The translations under genes and the position numbers were made by a program. 26,536 nucleotides of DNA from a virus (Duplodnaviria > Caudoviricetes). Every line of letters starts with the position of its first letter. Position 1 is the stretch's first letter. The notes under the pieces were generated by a model that saw only the letters and a list, made by a program, of their open reading frames with translations, searched no databases and had not been told where the DNA came from. This document shows, in pieces, positions 1 to 8,452 of this stretch. Location: the IMG/VR virus record IMGVR_UViG_3300011339_000753, positions 1 through 26,536 of that record; one strand, written 5' to 3'.

Positions 1-236
1 CGGTTGGTGCCCAGGGCCGCGTAGGGCGCGCCGTCCAGGCCATTCCAAGTGAAGATGTCGCTGGTCGAGCCAACGAAGTTCACCTGGGTGTTGCCGAACT
101 GCGTCCAGCCGCCCATCTTCTCGGGCAGGCCATAGCGAAAACGAATGTAGTCGCCATCCACCCAGCCGCCTTCAGCACCGTATTCGGTGTTCTGCTTGTC
201 GATGCCGGGTTTTAAAAAGAGTCGAAGAAGTGCCAT
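1..236 (-). CDS. Tail nozzle / DNA-stabilisation-type virion protein (P22 gp10-like), N-terminal part; runs off the left edge
   Basis: Not in ORF track. ATG at 236 reads MALLRLFLKPGIDKQNTEYGAEGGWVDGDYIRFRYGLPEKMGGWTQF... open to the edge; the 'PG...GGW.D...IRFRYGLPEKMGGW' N-terminus is one I recognise from podovirus-like tail proteins. Confidence 0.7.
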   Translation of the reverse strand, partial: MALLRLFLKPGIDKQNTEYGAEGGWVDGDYIRFRYGLPEKMGGWTQFGNTQVNFVGSTSDIFTWNGLDGAPYAALGTN

Positions 237-245
237 GAGTACGCC

Positions 246-686
246 TTATTTGATCGGTCCGCCAATAAGCCAGGCGTCGCATGTCCGATCTCCAGCGCAC
301 TTGAAATGGAACAGCTCGCAGTAGCCCAGGTTGGCAGCATTGATGACGTCATCAGCATAGCTTTTGTGCTCGCCCATGTCTTCTTTTTCAATGCCTGCAG
401 CAATGGCTTTGAGCATCTCGGGCGTTTGGATAAACGCGCCGCAGTTGCCGCACAATGCCTTCTTGGCCTCGGGTATTGTGGTTTCCCACATGTCCGCTTT
501 CTTTTGCCAAAAGACAGTCGAAGCCGCACCAGGATTCAAAGGGCCATAGCCATATTCTTTGATGGCGTTGTTGCGGTTCTTGAGGTTGACGTGAATGTCC
601 ATCACGGCCTCGGGAGCTCCCTGGCCGCCACGGGCATAGGCCTCTTTGATGCCTTTGGCGATTGCGTCTTTTTTGACCAAGGCCAT
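246..686 (-). CDS. Conserved phage hypothetical protein with Cys cluster (CGNC...GYC...C...C..W), possibly metal/Fe-S binding
   Basis: 146-aa ORF tightly packed between neighbours; motifs YGPLNP, CGNCGAF, LGYCELFHFKCAGDRTCDAW. Confidence 0.8.
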   Translation of the reverse strand: MALVKKDAIAKGIKEAYARGGQGAPEAVMDIHVNLKNRNNAIKEYGYGPLNPGAASTVFWQKKADMWETTIPEAKKALCGNCGAFIQTPEMLKAIAAGIEKEDMGEHKSYADDVINAANLGYCELFHFKCAGDRTCDAWLIGGPIK

Positions 687-688
687 GG

Positions 689-847
689 TTACCCCTTTGC
701 TGCGCGCATGTTGTCAACCAGATTGGGGTAAGGACGGCCTGCTTTTTTGGCGGCTGCTTTTGCAGAAGCCTTCTTTGCAGGGGTCAATGCCTTGGGTTTA
801 CCGATGCTCTTAGGGCGCTTTTTGTCCCAGATAGGTTTGGCTTTCAT
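689..847 (-). CDS. Small basic protein (52 aa)
   Basis: Below ORF-track cutoff; translated by hand: MKAKPIWDKKRPKSIGKPKALTPAKKASAKAAAKKAGRPYPNLVDNMRAAKG; ATGA overlap with endolysin stop, TAA 2 nt before the next ATG. Confidence 0.8.
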   Translation of the reverse strand: MKAKPIWDKKRPKSIGKPKALTPAKKASAKAAAKKAGRPYPNLVDNMRAAKG

Positions 848-1209
848 GTGACACGTCTCCATTCAGGTTTGCCGTCGCCACGGCTGAAATGTGGGGTATC
901 CACGAGCTTGAGGCCATTGCCGCCCCAAGAGTTCAGTGGATGCAAGCTCTCCCAGTAGGCACCCAAAGGAGCAAGCACTTTCTTGTCGTAGACCAATTTT
1001 CCGTCGAGGAAGAAGTTGAAGTCAACGGCCAAGCGCTTCAAATGCAGCGAATTCATCGTCTGGCTGCGGCCAGTCTTGACGTACAACTGCTGCTGCTCGG
1101 GGGTGCGGTACAGCTCTCCGGCTGTCACCAAAAAGCCTTGGGAGGAGGCAAACTCAACGAGCTTGCCCACGTCACGCAAAAAGGCTGCTTGCTCACGGAC
1201 CAGGCTCAT
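844..1209 (-). CDS. Endolysin, peptidase M15 family (Zn peptidoglycan peptidase)
   Basis: YRTPEQQ, SLHLKRLAVD (SxHxxxxAxD) and WGG...DTPHF motifs; ATGA-coupled to the preceding holin-like gene. Confidence 0.9.
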   Translation of the reverse strand: MSLVREQAAFLRDVGKLVEFASSQGFLVTAGELYRTPEQQQLYVKTGRSQTMNSLHLKRLAVDFNFFLDGKLVYDKKVLAPLGAYWESLHPLNSWGGNGLKLVDTPHFSRGDGKPEWRRVT

Positions 1210-1733
1210 TTGTTGCCTCCATTCGTAAGCTGCTTGATGGTCTCATCCTTCTCTTTGGAGCCGCGTGTGGTGCCAAACTCAAAGGAGTAGATGTTGTCCA
1301 GGTAACCAAGGAATCGGCCCAGGACAAGCGTGAAGATGCCCTTGACGTATTCGTTGATGCCCTGGTCTTTCCAAACGATCCAGACCAAAAGTGCGACCAT
1401 GCACACGGCCAGGAAGAACATGACATTGGCGCGGTTGTTGGTCATGCCGCGCTTGATAAACTCGACATCGCGCTCGCGTGCAGAATCACGGTCCTTGACC
1501 TCCTCTCGGAAGGCCTCCAGGTCGAGCTTGTTGTCTTCAATGCGCAGGCGCAAGAGCTCTTCTTCGTGGTCCATTTCGTACTGGCGCAGCGTCAAAATGT
1601 CCTTGTCAGACATGTTGGGCTCGATCTTGACGCCAGTCTTCTCCTCGACCCATTCCTTGCCTTTGGCCATGACGGCATTGCCGATCAGGCTCAGGCCCTG
1701 GGACAGGAGGGGTGCAATCAGTGCGGGGATCAT
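1206..1733 (-). CDS. Putative holin (3TM / gene-transfer-agent-type holin-like)
   Basis: Amphipathic N-terminus, coiled coil with DRDSARER, two hydrophobic segments (VMFFLAVCMVALLVWIVW; IFTLVLGRFLGYL) and a YSFEFG tail; directly upstream of endolysin. Confidence 0.7.
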   Translation of the reverse strand: MIPALIAPLLSQGLSLIGNAVMAKGKEWVEEKTGVKIEPNMSDKDILTLRQYEMDHEEELLRLRIEDNKLDLEAFREEVKDRDSARERDVEFIKRGMTNNRANVMFFLAVCMVALLVWIVWKDQGINEYVKGIFTLVLGRFLGYLDNIYSFEFGTTRGSKEKDETIKQLTNGGNK

Positions 1734-1736
1734 CGC

Positions 1737-2207
1737 TTACCCCTTTGTGACGTTAAAGCCCAGATTCTTGTGGCTTGGATAGTTAATCACTACCTCGCCT
1801 TCTGGGCATTTGTATTTGATGTGCGCAAGCAGTGTTGCAGGCCCGTGGGCCACGTTGCTCGGTGCATTGATCGTGAACTTGTAGCCAAACTTGTCCACCT
1901 CAGGGGCGGCAGGGCCAGAGAACACAGCGATGCTGGGAGACGCGGCATGGACCACGAACTCCGAATCACTGACCTCAAGTTTGAAGCCCGTGACCTCGCA
2001 ATCGTCTCGGTTCTTTTTGCGGGCTACAACGACACGGAATTCGCCGGTGGCGGGAGCGTCGCTGATCTGAAAATGCTCAGGAGCCCACTCCAGGATGTCC
2101 TTTTTGAAAAGCCCCATCTTCTCCACAAGCGTGTAACCGCCGCCCGTCATTGCGATGGCTGCGGTGACAACTCCTATGGCCTTGGTGGCGTCTTCAACTG
2201 CGAACAT
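1737..2207 (-). CDS. Membrane-anchored hypothetical protein (156 aa) preceding the lysis genes
   Basis: Better start is ATG 2207 (RBS AAGGGA), not 2348; N-terminal hydrophobic helix AIGVVTAAIAMTGGGYTLV followed by a beta-rich domain with two Cys. Confidence 0.7.
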   Translation of the reverse strand: MFAVEDATKAIGVVTAAIAMTGGGYTLVEKMGLFKKDILEWAPEHFQISDAPATGEFRVVVARKKNRDDCEVTGFKLEVSDSEFVVHAASPSIAVFSGPAAPEVDKFGYKFTINAPSNVAHGPATLLAHIKYKCPEGEVVINYPSHKNLGFNVTKG

Positions 2208-2215
2208 CTTGTCCC

Positions 2216-2428
2216 TTACATAGTCGCTCCCGATGCAGCAGGAACCGTCGTAATTTCGATCGCCACTGACTGCGCAAGGCTCAGTGGCTGCCCGCAATCG
2301 GCGCAGGTGTCTGCGTCGATCTCGGACTGATCCAGGTCGTAGCCGCACGCACCGCAGAAAACTTCCACGGCGTGTGCGGGCTCGATGCTGCCGTCAGGCA
2401 GCGTCCGTGACGGGCTTTGCAGCTTCAT
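2216..2428 (-). CDS. Small zinc-ribbon protein (70 aa; CxxC-x13-CxxC)
   Basis: MKLQSPSRTLPDGSIEPAHAVEVFCGACGYDLDQSEIDADTCADCGQPL...; likely start ATG 2428 within the 97-aa track ORF. Confidence 0.7.
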   Translation of the reverse strand: MKLQSPSRTLPDGSIEPAHAVEVFCGACGYDLDQSEIDADTCADCGQPLSLAQSVAIEITTVPAASGATM

Positions 2429-2579
2429 CGGTCTTTGCCACTTCGGGCATTGGGATTTGCGGCTGCACTTCACCGTGAATGGCGTTGACAATCTGGAATA
2501 CTTCACCATAGGGGCGAGAACCCAGGTATTGCAGGATGCCGTTCACGAGTTGCAGGCTTACTTTGACTTCTTCATTCAT
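2394..2579 (-). CDS. Hypothetical protein (61 aa) of the post-tail-fibre cluster
   Basis: RBS GGAGA 7 nt before ATG; LVNGILQYLGSRPYGEVFQIVNAI helical motif. Confidence 0.8.
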   Translation of the reverse strand: MNEEVKVSLQLVNGILQYLGSRPYGEVFQIVNAIHGEVQPQIPMPEVAKTDEAAKPVTDAA

Positions 2580-2595
2580 GGATATATCTCCAAAG

Positions 2596-2628
2596 CATCG
2601 CTGAAAAGGGGCAGCGATGGAACCCCTT
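2596..2628 (-). promoter_or_regulatory. Predicted H-type RNA pseudoknot immediately 5' of an RBS
   Basis: mRNA AAGGGG-UUC-CAUCGCUG-CCCCUU-UU-CAGCGAUG: interleaved 6-bp and 8-bp perfect stems. Confidence 0.6.
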
Positions 2629-2633
2629 GAACA

Positions 2634-2963
2634 TTATGCCGCAGGTGCCCAAGGCAAAGGCGGTGTTTGCGGAATAGGGGCTGGGCTCATCTCGGACGCA
2701 ATCTGTCCATCAACAGCACCTTGCGCCTGTGCAATACCTTCTTCACCTAGGGCCGACTGTACCCAACCGATTACTTGCGTTTCGGTCAGTTGGTCATAGG
2801 GCGTGAACGTGCCTTCCTGCGTGGTAAACAAAGTGTTACCAGAAGTTTGAGCGGTGTACTCTCCGTTCACTCCAGTCAACGTCCAGAAAGCATTGATGAC
2901 AAAGCCGGGGGCTGGCGTGTCAAGTGTGAACATTCTTGTAATTGCCCATGTGTATGCTGTCAT
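2634..2963 (-). CDS. Tail-fibre-associated small protein
   Basis: 109 aa; FTPYDQLTETQVIGWVQSALG and C-terminal PPLPW motifs that I recognise from genes following phage tail fibres. Confidence 0.75.
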   Translation of the reverse strand: MTAYTWAITRMFTLDTPAPGFVINAFWTLTGVNGEYTAQTSGNTLFTTQEGTFTPYDQLTETQVIGWVQSALGEEGIAQAQGAVDGQIASEMSPAPIPQTPPLPWAPAA

Positions 2964-2966
2964 GGC

Positions 2967-3305
2967 TTAACCCTTTGGAAACATGGCTTTGACCGCTTGG
3001 CAAGCGGCAATGTACGCATCAATCTGTGCCTGGTCGCCTTTCACCACGCCGTCAATGTAGTCGGTAATGGGAGGATAAGCATTTCGACGCTGGTCGGCAT
3101 AGGTCGCTTGCTGAGGAGCAAGTGGCGCGCGTTCAGCGGCGGCAATAAATTCCTGCTCAAAGTTTTGGTTTGACGAAAGCACATGGTACGAAGAGTGCCC
3201 TATGCATTTAGTTTTTTCTGCGTCTTCAAAAGTCTCAACCGAATATTCTTTCTGGAGCTTTCCAGCAGATTCGTATTCTCTAACCAGCGTGAATGTGTAA
3301 AACAT
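2967..3305 (-). CDS. Putative tail fibre assembly/accessory protein
   Basis: 112 aa; RBS AGGAG; C-terminal YADQRRNAYPPITDYIDG...CQAVKAMFPK motif; directly after the tail fibre. Confidence 0.75.
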   Translation of the reverse strand: MFYTFTLVREYESAGKLQKEYSVETFEDAEKTKCIGHSSYHVLSSNQNFEQEFIAAAERAPLAPQQATYADQRRNAYPPITDYIDGVVKGDQAQIDAYIAACQAVKAMFPKG

Positions 3306-3314
3306 TTTTTCTCC

Positions 3315-6300
3315 TTATAAAGAAACGCGAGTGCGCAACGCAATGATGCGATAGTTGGTAGTCCCACCGCTGTTTTGCGTGATGGTGAAGGCATTTCCAC
3401 TCATGTAACACCCCGTGGTGTTACCTGTTGGCGTAGAAGTCGCTTGAAAATGATTGGAACTGCTGGACTCAGAGATTTTGAAAACTGCCGCTTGACCGCC
3501 CACAATAAACAACGCCGCAGAACCGGTTGTGCTAATGTCGTTAATCAGGAGAAGACCTGAAAAATTGTTTCCACCTCCAAACAAAGACACGGATGTTCCG
3601 CTTGCAACAGCAAGCACGTTACCTGTTGTTGTACTGTTAAACGTGACATCAATATGCCCAAAATTGTTTGTAGCAATCTTGCTGACGTTGTTGTGGAACA
3701 CAGGGTATCCAGCACCATCAGAGATGACAACCTGCTGACTCAAGCCACGAGTGTCAAGGGAGTTTTGGTTTCCAGTGAAGCCACCAACGTAAGTGTTGTT
3801 GGAACCGGATGTTAATGATTCACCGGGACCTCTACTCGAATCAATGTTGTACTGACCGATGACCAAGGTACTTGTTAAGGTGTTAGCACCGTACGCCGCG
3901 CCCACACCCACAAACGTGTTGTTGCCACCAGTTGTGTGACCGTAGCCAGACTCGTCGCCAAGAAAGGTGTTGTAGTTGCCGGTCGTGGAGGCCGCGCCAG
4001 CCAAGTTTCCAAGAAATACACTGTTGGAACCCGTGTATATCTTACCTGCCTCAAAACCAATAAACGTGTTGCCGTTGTTGTTGTTCGTGAAGCCTGCGCC
4101 ATACCCAAGGTATACGTTACCTGTAGAGGTTGTTGATGAGTAACCGGCATCACGCCCAACGGCTGTATTTTTATTGCCCGATGTCAGGTTGAACAGCGCA
4201 TTTACGCCGATAGCTGTTGAGCCATCGGCTCCTGTTACTGGGCCGCTTGAAGAACCAAGAGCATTTAAGCCGACAGCCGTGTTGTATGGAGAACTTGAGA
4301 TGTTTCCACCCGCACCATAGCCGATTGCAGTATTACCTTGACCAGTGGTCGAACCATTCAATGCACCAGCGCCAAAGGCCGTGTTGTTCGACACGTTGCC
4401 ACCGCCTCGACCAGCCCTTACGCTGTTGAAGTAAGCGTCAAAGACAGTTCCAAATACTCCAGAGGTATTGATAGTTGCGGCGGTGGCCTGTGTTGCGGTT
4501 CCGTAGTTCCAGGTGTGATTTGAAAACGTATACAGGCCAGCCATATACACAGCGGCTGTGTCATCGTAAGCGTTGATTTCAAGTTGACCTGCGCTGACTT
4601 GAAGGTCGGAGCGGTAACGTATGTCACTAGCTCTTTGAAGGCGAATTTGAGCACCGTTATTTCCAATACGCAGTGCAAAACTCGAACTTGGCGTCGAGTT
4701 GATGCCAACGTAGCCGGGAATGGTCACGCCCCCACTCTTGTCTGTCTGAAGTGCAGTTGTCCAAGAGGAGATGTTTGATCCAGCCGAACCTGCGGCGGCA
4801 TACGCAAATTGATGGCCGCCGTCAAATTGCGTGTAAAAAGCAGACGCGAAACTTGCGCCAACACGAACCCAATTTGTCCCGTTGTTGTAAGTGTTTGATA
4901 AGACATATCCGGCGTAACCGCTACCCGCAAAAGAGCCAGCCGTCAGATCGTAGGTTTGAACAGCATTAAAGCCACTGCCCCAAGGATTGGAGTCTGTCGA
5001 TGCAACACTCAAATTGCCTGCATTCATCGACACGTTGCCGCTTGCGCGAAGGCGCAAAGCGTTTGGCTTTGACCAAATCGTGCCGTTGTAATAACTAAAC
5101 GCAAAATCAGTCGTTACAGCACCTACGTTTTGGTCGTAGTTACCAAAAGACCATGCACTTGTCGTAGCTGTGTCGTACGCAAGCTGAAGGAATCTTTGGC
5201 TCGTTCCAAAATAGGTTGAAAGCAACGCAGTATCAGAGACCGTCAGTTTTGCGGTTCCAGACAAATTCGCCGCGCCAATGCCAACATTACCTGTCAGGGT
5301 AGATGTTCCGGCAACATTAAGGTTTTGGCCGAGGAACATGCTTTTAGCCACCCCCAAGCCACCATCCGTCTGGATTGAGCCAGTAGTCGTGCTGCTGGAG
5401 TCAGTAGTGCTGTCGACGGTCAGCGAACCGGTCAGCGTCTGGTTGCCACCGATGGTCGCGTTGCCGGCCAGGAACAGGTTGCGAGGACGTGTCGCGCCCG
5501 ATGCGCCAATGTCGTAGGTGTTGTCGGTGAATAGCAGGTTGCTGGTAATCGTCGCGTTGATGGTGAGCGTGTCTGCAGCGCTGTCGCCCACAGTCACGTT
5601 GCCATTCAAGTTCACGCCGCCAGTCAAGGTCAGCGTGCCGCCAACGGATAAGTTGCCACCAATGGTCGCAGCGCCGGCCAGGAACAGGTTGCGGGGGCGT
5701 GTCGCACCAGAAGCACCGATGTCGTATGTGTTGTCGGTGAAGATCAGGTTGCTGCCGATTGTGCCTGGCACAGTAATGATGTCAGCAGCTGCGTTACCCA
5801 AAGCAACAGTGCCGTCAAGAGTCGTGGCCCCTGATGCGTTGAGCGTGGTGAACTTACCAGAGGACGCAGTCGTCGCGCCAATGGTCATGTTGTCGATCGT
5901 GCCGCCGCTCAGGTTGACAAAGTCAAACATCTGGATGACGTTGGTGCCGTCCACGTACAAGTGCGCCTTGCGACCGTTGGGCACAGTGATGCCAGTACCG
6001 GCCGAGGTCTTGACCGTGATGCTTTGGCCACCGGTCGTGTTGTTCTGGACGATGTACTGCTTCTGAATGGTAGGAACCACCAACTCGCGGGTCGCGGTCA
6101 ACGAGCCAAACGTCGAAGTGACGTTGAGCACCAGGCATCGCGCGGCCTGCGAGGCGTTGCTGTTGGTGATGCTGATGGTCAGGTTGGCATCAGATGCGTA
6201 GTCAGGGTTGCCCAAGCCAATGACGGCCTGCTCCAGGGCGGTGCCCAGGTTGGTGTTTGTGACGTCACCCCAAGTACCCGAGTTCTCCCCGGTGGTCATC

Positions 6301-6341
6301 AGCTCAATCTTGAGGTTGCTGGAGTAGGTGCTTCCTGCCAT
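3315..6341 (-). CDS. Tail fibre / receptor-binding protein (1008 aa)
   Basis: N-terminal anchor MAGSTYSSNLKIELMTTGENSGTWG; G/T/S/N-rich beta repeats; YadA-head-like NTAxGxxA repeats; RBS AAGGA. Confidence 0.9.
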   Translation of the reverse strand: MAGSTYSSNLKIELMTTGENSGTWGDVTNTNLGTALEQAVIGLGNPDYASDANLTISITNSNASQAARCLVLNVTSTFGSLTATRELVVPTIQKQYIVQNNTTGGQSITVKTSAGTGITVPNGRKAHLYVDGTNVIQMFDFVNLSGGTIDNMTIGATTASSGKFTTLNASGATTLDGTVALGNAAADIITVPGTIGSNLIFTDNTYDIGASGATRPRNLFLAGAATIGGNLSVGGTLTLTGGVNLNGNVTVGDSAADTLTINATITSNLLFTDNTYDIGASGATRPRNLFLAGNATIGGNQTLTGSLTVDSTTDSSSTTTGSIQTDGGLGVAKSMFLGQNLNVAGTSTLTGNVGIGAANLSGTAKLTVSDTALLSTYFGTSQRFLQLAYDTATTSAWSFGNYDQNVGAVTTDFAFSYYNGTIWSKPNALRLRASGNVSMNAGNLSVASTDSNPWGSGFNAVQTYDLTAGSFAGSGYAGYVLSNTYNNGTNWVRVGASFASAFYTQFDGGHQFAYAAAGSAGSNISSWTTALQTDKSGGVTIPGYVGINSTPSSSFALRIGNNGAQIRLQRASDIRYRSDLQVSAGQLEINAYDDTAAVYMAGLYTFSNHTWNYGTATQATAATINTSGVFGTVFDAYFNSVRAGRGGGNVSNNTAFGAGALNGSTTGQGNTAIGYGAGGNISSSPYNTAVGLNALGSSSGPVTGADGSTAIGVNALFNLTSGNKNTAVGRDAGYSSTTSTGNVYLGYGAGFTNNNNGNTFIGFEAGKIYTGSNSVFLGNLAGAASTTGNYNTFLGDESGYGHTTGGNNTFVGVGAAYGANTLTSTLVIGQYNIDSSRGPGESLTSGSNNTYVGGFTGNQNSLDTRGLSQQVVISDGAGYPVFHNNVSKIATNNFGHIDVTFNSTTTGNVLAVASGTSVSLFGGGNNFSGLLLINDISTTGSAALFIVGGQAAVFKISESSSSNHFQATSTPTGNTTGCYMSGNAFTITQNSGGTTNYRIIALRTRVSL
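5440..5751 (-). repeat. Intragenic 210-nt (70-aa) duplication in the tail fibre
   Basis: FTDNTYDIGASGATRPRNLFLAG occurs twice; gccggccaggaacaggttgcg at 5463 and 5673. Confidence 0.9.
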
Positions 6342-6351
6342 GTTATTTCCT

Positions 6352-7056
6352 TTACGTTAGGACCTGGGTCCAAGTCACTGTGTTTCCGTCATTGACGACT
6401 ACCCAATTTCCTGACTGTGAATCATCCACATTTTGCCAGTTGGGCGTCTGGTTGTCATCTATCACACTCCAGACAAGCACGGTTCCGACTTGACCCTGCG
6501 CAGATACGCCGGTGACAAATACGTCTGTGTTGGCAGCGACCGTGACGCTGCCCACTGATGCGGTGGCCTGGAGCCCTGTAACTGGGACAATGCCGCTGGC
6601 GTCGATGGTGACATCACCAATGGCTCCAGTGGCTGCAACGCCTGTAACCAAGACGTTGGCGTCGCCCGTGTGTTCAACACTGCCTACCTGGCCAACAGCC
6701 TGTACGCCAGTTACGTACACGTCTGCGTTTGCGGCTACTGTGACGCTGCCCAGAGCCATCGTGGCTGCAACGCCCGTGACCAGCACGTTCGCGTCACCAG
6801 TCATGGCCACCTGGCCAACATAGCCAATGGCCTCGACCCCGGTGACGTTTACATCCGCATTCGCGGTGACTGTCACACTCCCCAGGTACGTTGTTGCACT
6901 GACCCCAGAAAGCAAAACGACCGCGTCAGCGGCCACTTCCACCGAGCCTACGGCTCCAGTGGCTTTGATGTCGAGAACGCCCTCTCCCCAGGGCTGTTGG
7001 CCCCAGCCTACGCCGGACGCATTCCAGCCTTGAAAGGCAACAACGACATCAGCCAC
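6352..7056 (-). CDS. Virion structural protein with ~8 x 22-aa Val/Gly/Thr/Ala repeats and Trp-rich termini
   Basis: GTG start; repeat unit e.g. TGVEAIGYVGQVAMTGDANVLV; GWG..PWG at N-terminus and ~11-aa W repeats at C-terminus. Confidence 0.85.
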   Translation of the reverse strand: MADVVVAFQGWNASGVGWGQQPWGEGVLDIKATGAVGSVEVAADAVVLLSGVSATTYLGSVTVTANADVNVTGVEAIGYVGQVAMTGDANVLVTGVAATMALGSVTVAANADVYVTGVQAVGQVGSVEHTGDANVLVTGVAATGAIGDVTIDASGIVPVTGLQATASVGSVTVAANTDVFVTGVSAQGQVGTVLVWSVIDDNQTPNWQNVDDSQSGNWVVVNDGNTVTWTQVLT

Positions 7057-7068
7057 GCATCTCTCTCA

Positions 7069-7506
7069 TCAAGCAATGCGGATGATGGCGCTGGTCGCGT
7101 CAGCAGTTGGGAAGATGATGGTGAAAGTGCCGTTGGTAGACGTCTTTGCACCGCCAAAATCCAAAATACAGACGGAAGGGTCGCCCGCAGCCGTGTTGTT
7201 GTAGATCATCGCGCCATAGGCCGTGATCGTGGCACTCGTGAACGACAAGTCAGCGAAGTCCGTAAAGGCAGTCGTGCCTGTGGACGTCGGCGTGACGTTG
7301 GTCAACGCACCACCACCTGCGGAGTACGAGCCAGAGTTGGCCACCTCGTTGGTGTTGGTGTATGCAGTTGTTGCGGCCGTAAAAGACGCGCTGTTGTCGT
7401 ACAAAGCCAGCTTGAACTCGTTGCCCGTGCCGGTTGTGAAGTTGTGTACACCTTTCATCAGCTCCACTTTGAAGCTGGTGCACATGTAATTGCCTGAAAA
7501 TGCCAT
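7069..7506 (-). CDS. Virion structural (tail-associated) protein
   Basis: 145 aa; CTSFKVELMKGVHNF...FKLALY...GYSAGG-like...LDFGG...GTFTI motifs; RBS AGGAG. Confidence 0.8.
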   Translation of the reverse strand: MAFSGNYMCTSFKVELMKGVHNFTTGTGNEFKLALYDNSASFTAATTAYTNTNEVANSGSYSAGGGALTNVTPTSTGTTAFTDFADLSFTSATITAYGAMIYNNTAAGDPSVCILDFGGAKTSTNGTFTIIFPTADATSAIIRIA

Positions 7507-7508
7507 TT

Positions 7509-7796
7509 TTAATCTCCTAACAAATGAACCAAGTCGGGGTGACCTGCCTCGCGCAGGCGCAGGGCGATCGTCGCTCGGTCCTGTTCAACCGCCTCTTTCA
7601 AATAGAACGCTACGACGTGCTTGACGCTCTCTTTGAACGCTCTTGCCTGGGCCTGCACTGCCGGATGCGACTGATCGCCGACGTAAATGATTTTGTCGGC
7701 TGCGCGGGCAGCCAACTCTTCTGCCGTCCAACCGCGCGATTGCGTGGTTTCGACAAAAACGCTGCCAACATGTCCGGGTAGTGGTGCAGTGATCAT
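7509..7796 (-). CDS. Hypothetical protein
   Basis: 95 aa; ATGA overlap with upstream gene; RGWTAEELA...KII...QARAF motif. Confidence 0.8.
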   Translation of the reverse strand: MITAPLPGHVGSVFVETTQSRGWTAEELAARAADKIIYVGDQSHPAVQAQARAFKESVKHVVAFYLKEAVEQDRATIALRLREAGHPDLVHLLGD

Positions 7797-8452
7797 GGTC
7801 CAGGTGAATCCGATTTAAGTGGGATGCGAAGCATACCGTCACGATACTCGTCACGGCGGCGACGGCCCTGTTGTTCTGTGCCCAGACCCTGGATAGCCTC
7901 TTTGTAGGCCTGGCGAAAGTACAGCATCATCTCGGATGGGCCCTTGGTGTAGCTGTAGGCCTGGATCAAGCACGCATACAACAGCGCCTCTGGAGCATTA
8001 TTGCTGATCCAGGTCGTTGGATTGGTCGAAGACAGCTGCGTTGGGCGATAGATGTAGCCCAGCTCGACGCTGTAGTTCTGGTTCGGCGTGGGCGCAATGT
8101 AGAACGTGTTCTGGTCCCACACCGAATAGTATTTTGGAGTGCCCTGAGTGCTGCCGTTGGCCCAGTATTCCTTCATGAAGGAGGTGTCTCTGAAGTCCAA
8201 GAACAACTGCTCGCCACTGGCGGGCGTCAGGATCATGTAACGGTGCGTCAGAAGGTCAGCGGGCGCGGCCAGGAACTTGTTTCCCTGGGTCATGTTGCCG
8301 GTGACTTCCAGCTTGAAGACGTCCAAGTCAATCTCGCGAAGAATCTGGTTCTCCGCCATCGTGATGAAGACGTTGATCACCGGCTCGGTGAAGACGTTGC
8401 TGCCCACCTCGGTGTAGTTTCGGATATTGGTGACAAGTTCGTCGTAGGTCAT
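7793..8452 (-). CDS. Head-tail adaptor / tail tubular-like protein
   Basis: 219 aa; MTYDEL..I..Y, FI..AE..I.R, GTPKYY, IAPTP, ELGY, TTW.S..AP.ALLY..L motifs. Confidence 0.75.
   Translation of the reverse strand: MTYDELVTNIRNYTEVGSNVFTEPVINVFITMAENQILREIDLDVFKLEVTGNMTQGNKFLAAPADLLTHRYMILTPASGEQLFLDFRDTSFMKEYWANGSTQGTPKYYSVWDQNTFYIAPTPNQNYSVELGYIYRPTQLSSTNPTTWISNNAPEALLYACLIQAYSYTKGPSEMMLYFRQAYKEAIQGLGTEQQGRRRRDEYRDGMLRIPLKSDSPGP

Noticed and set aside
5440-5751. Tail-fibre duplication as a diversity-generating retroelement TR/VR pair
   Set aside because: Both copies are in-frame within the shaft, differences are mostly synonymous and not adenine-specific, and no reverse transcriptase is in the window
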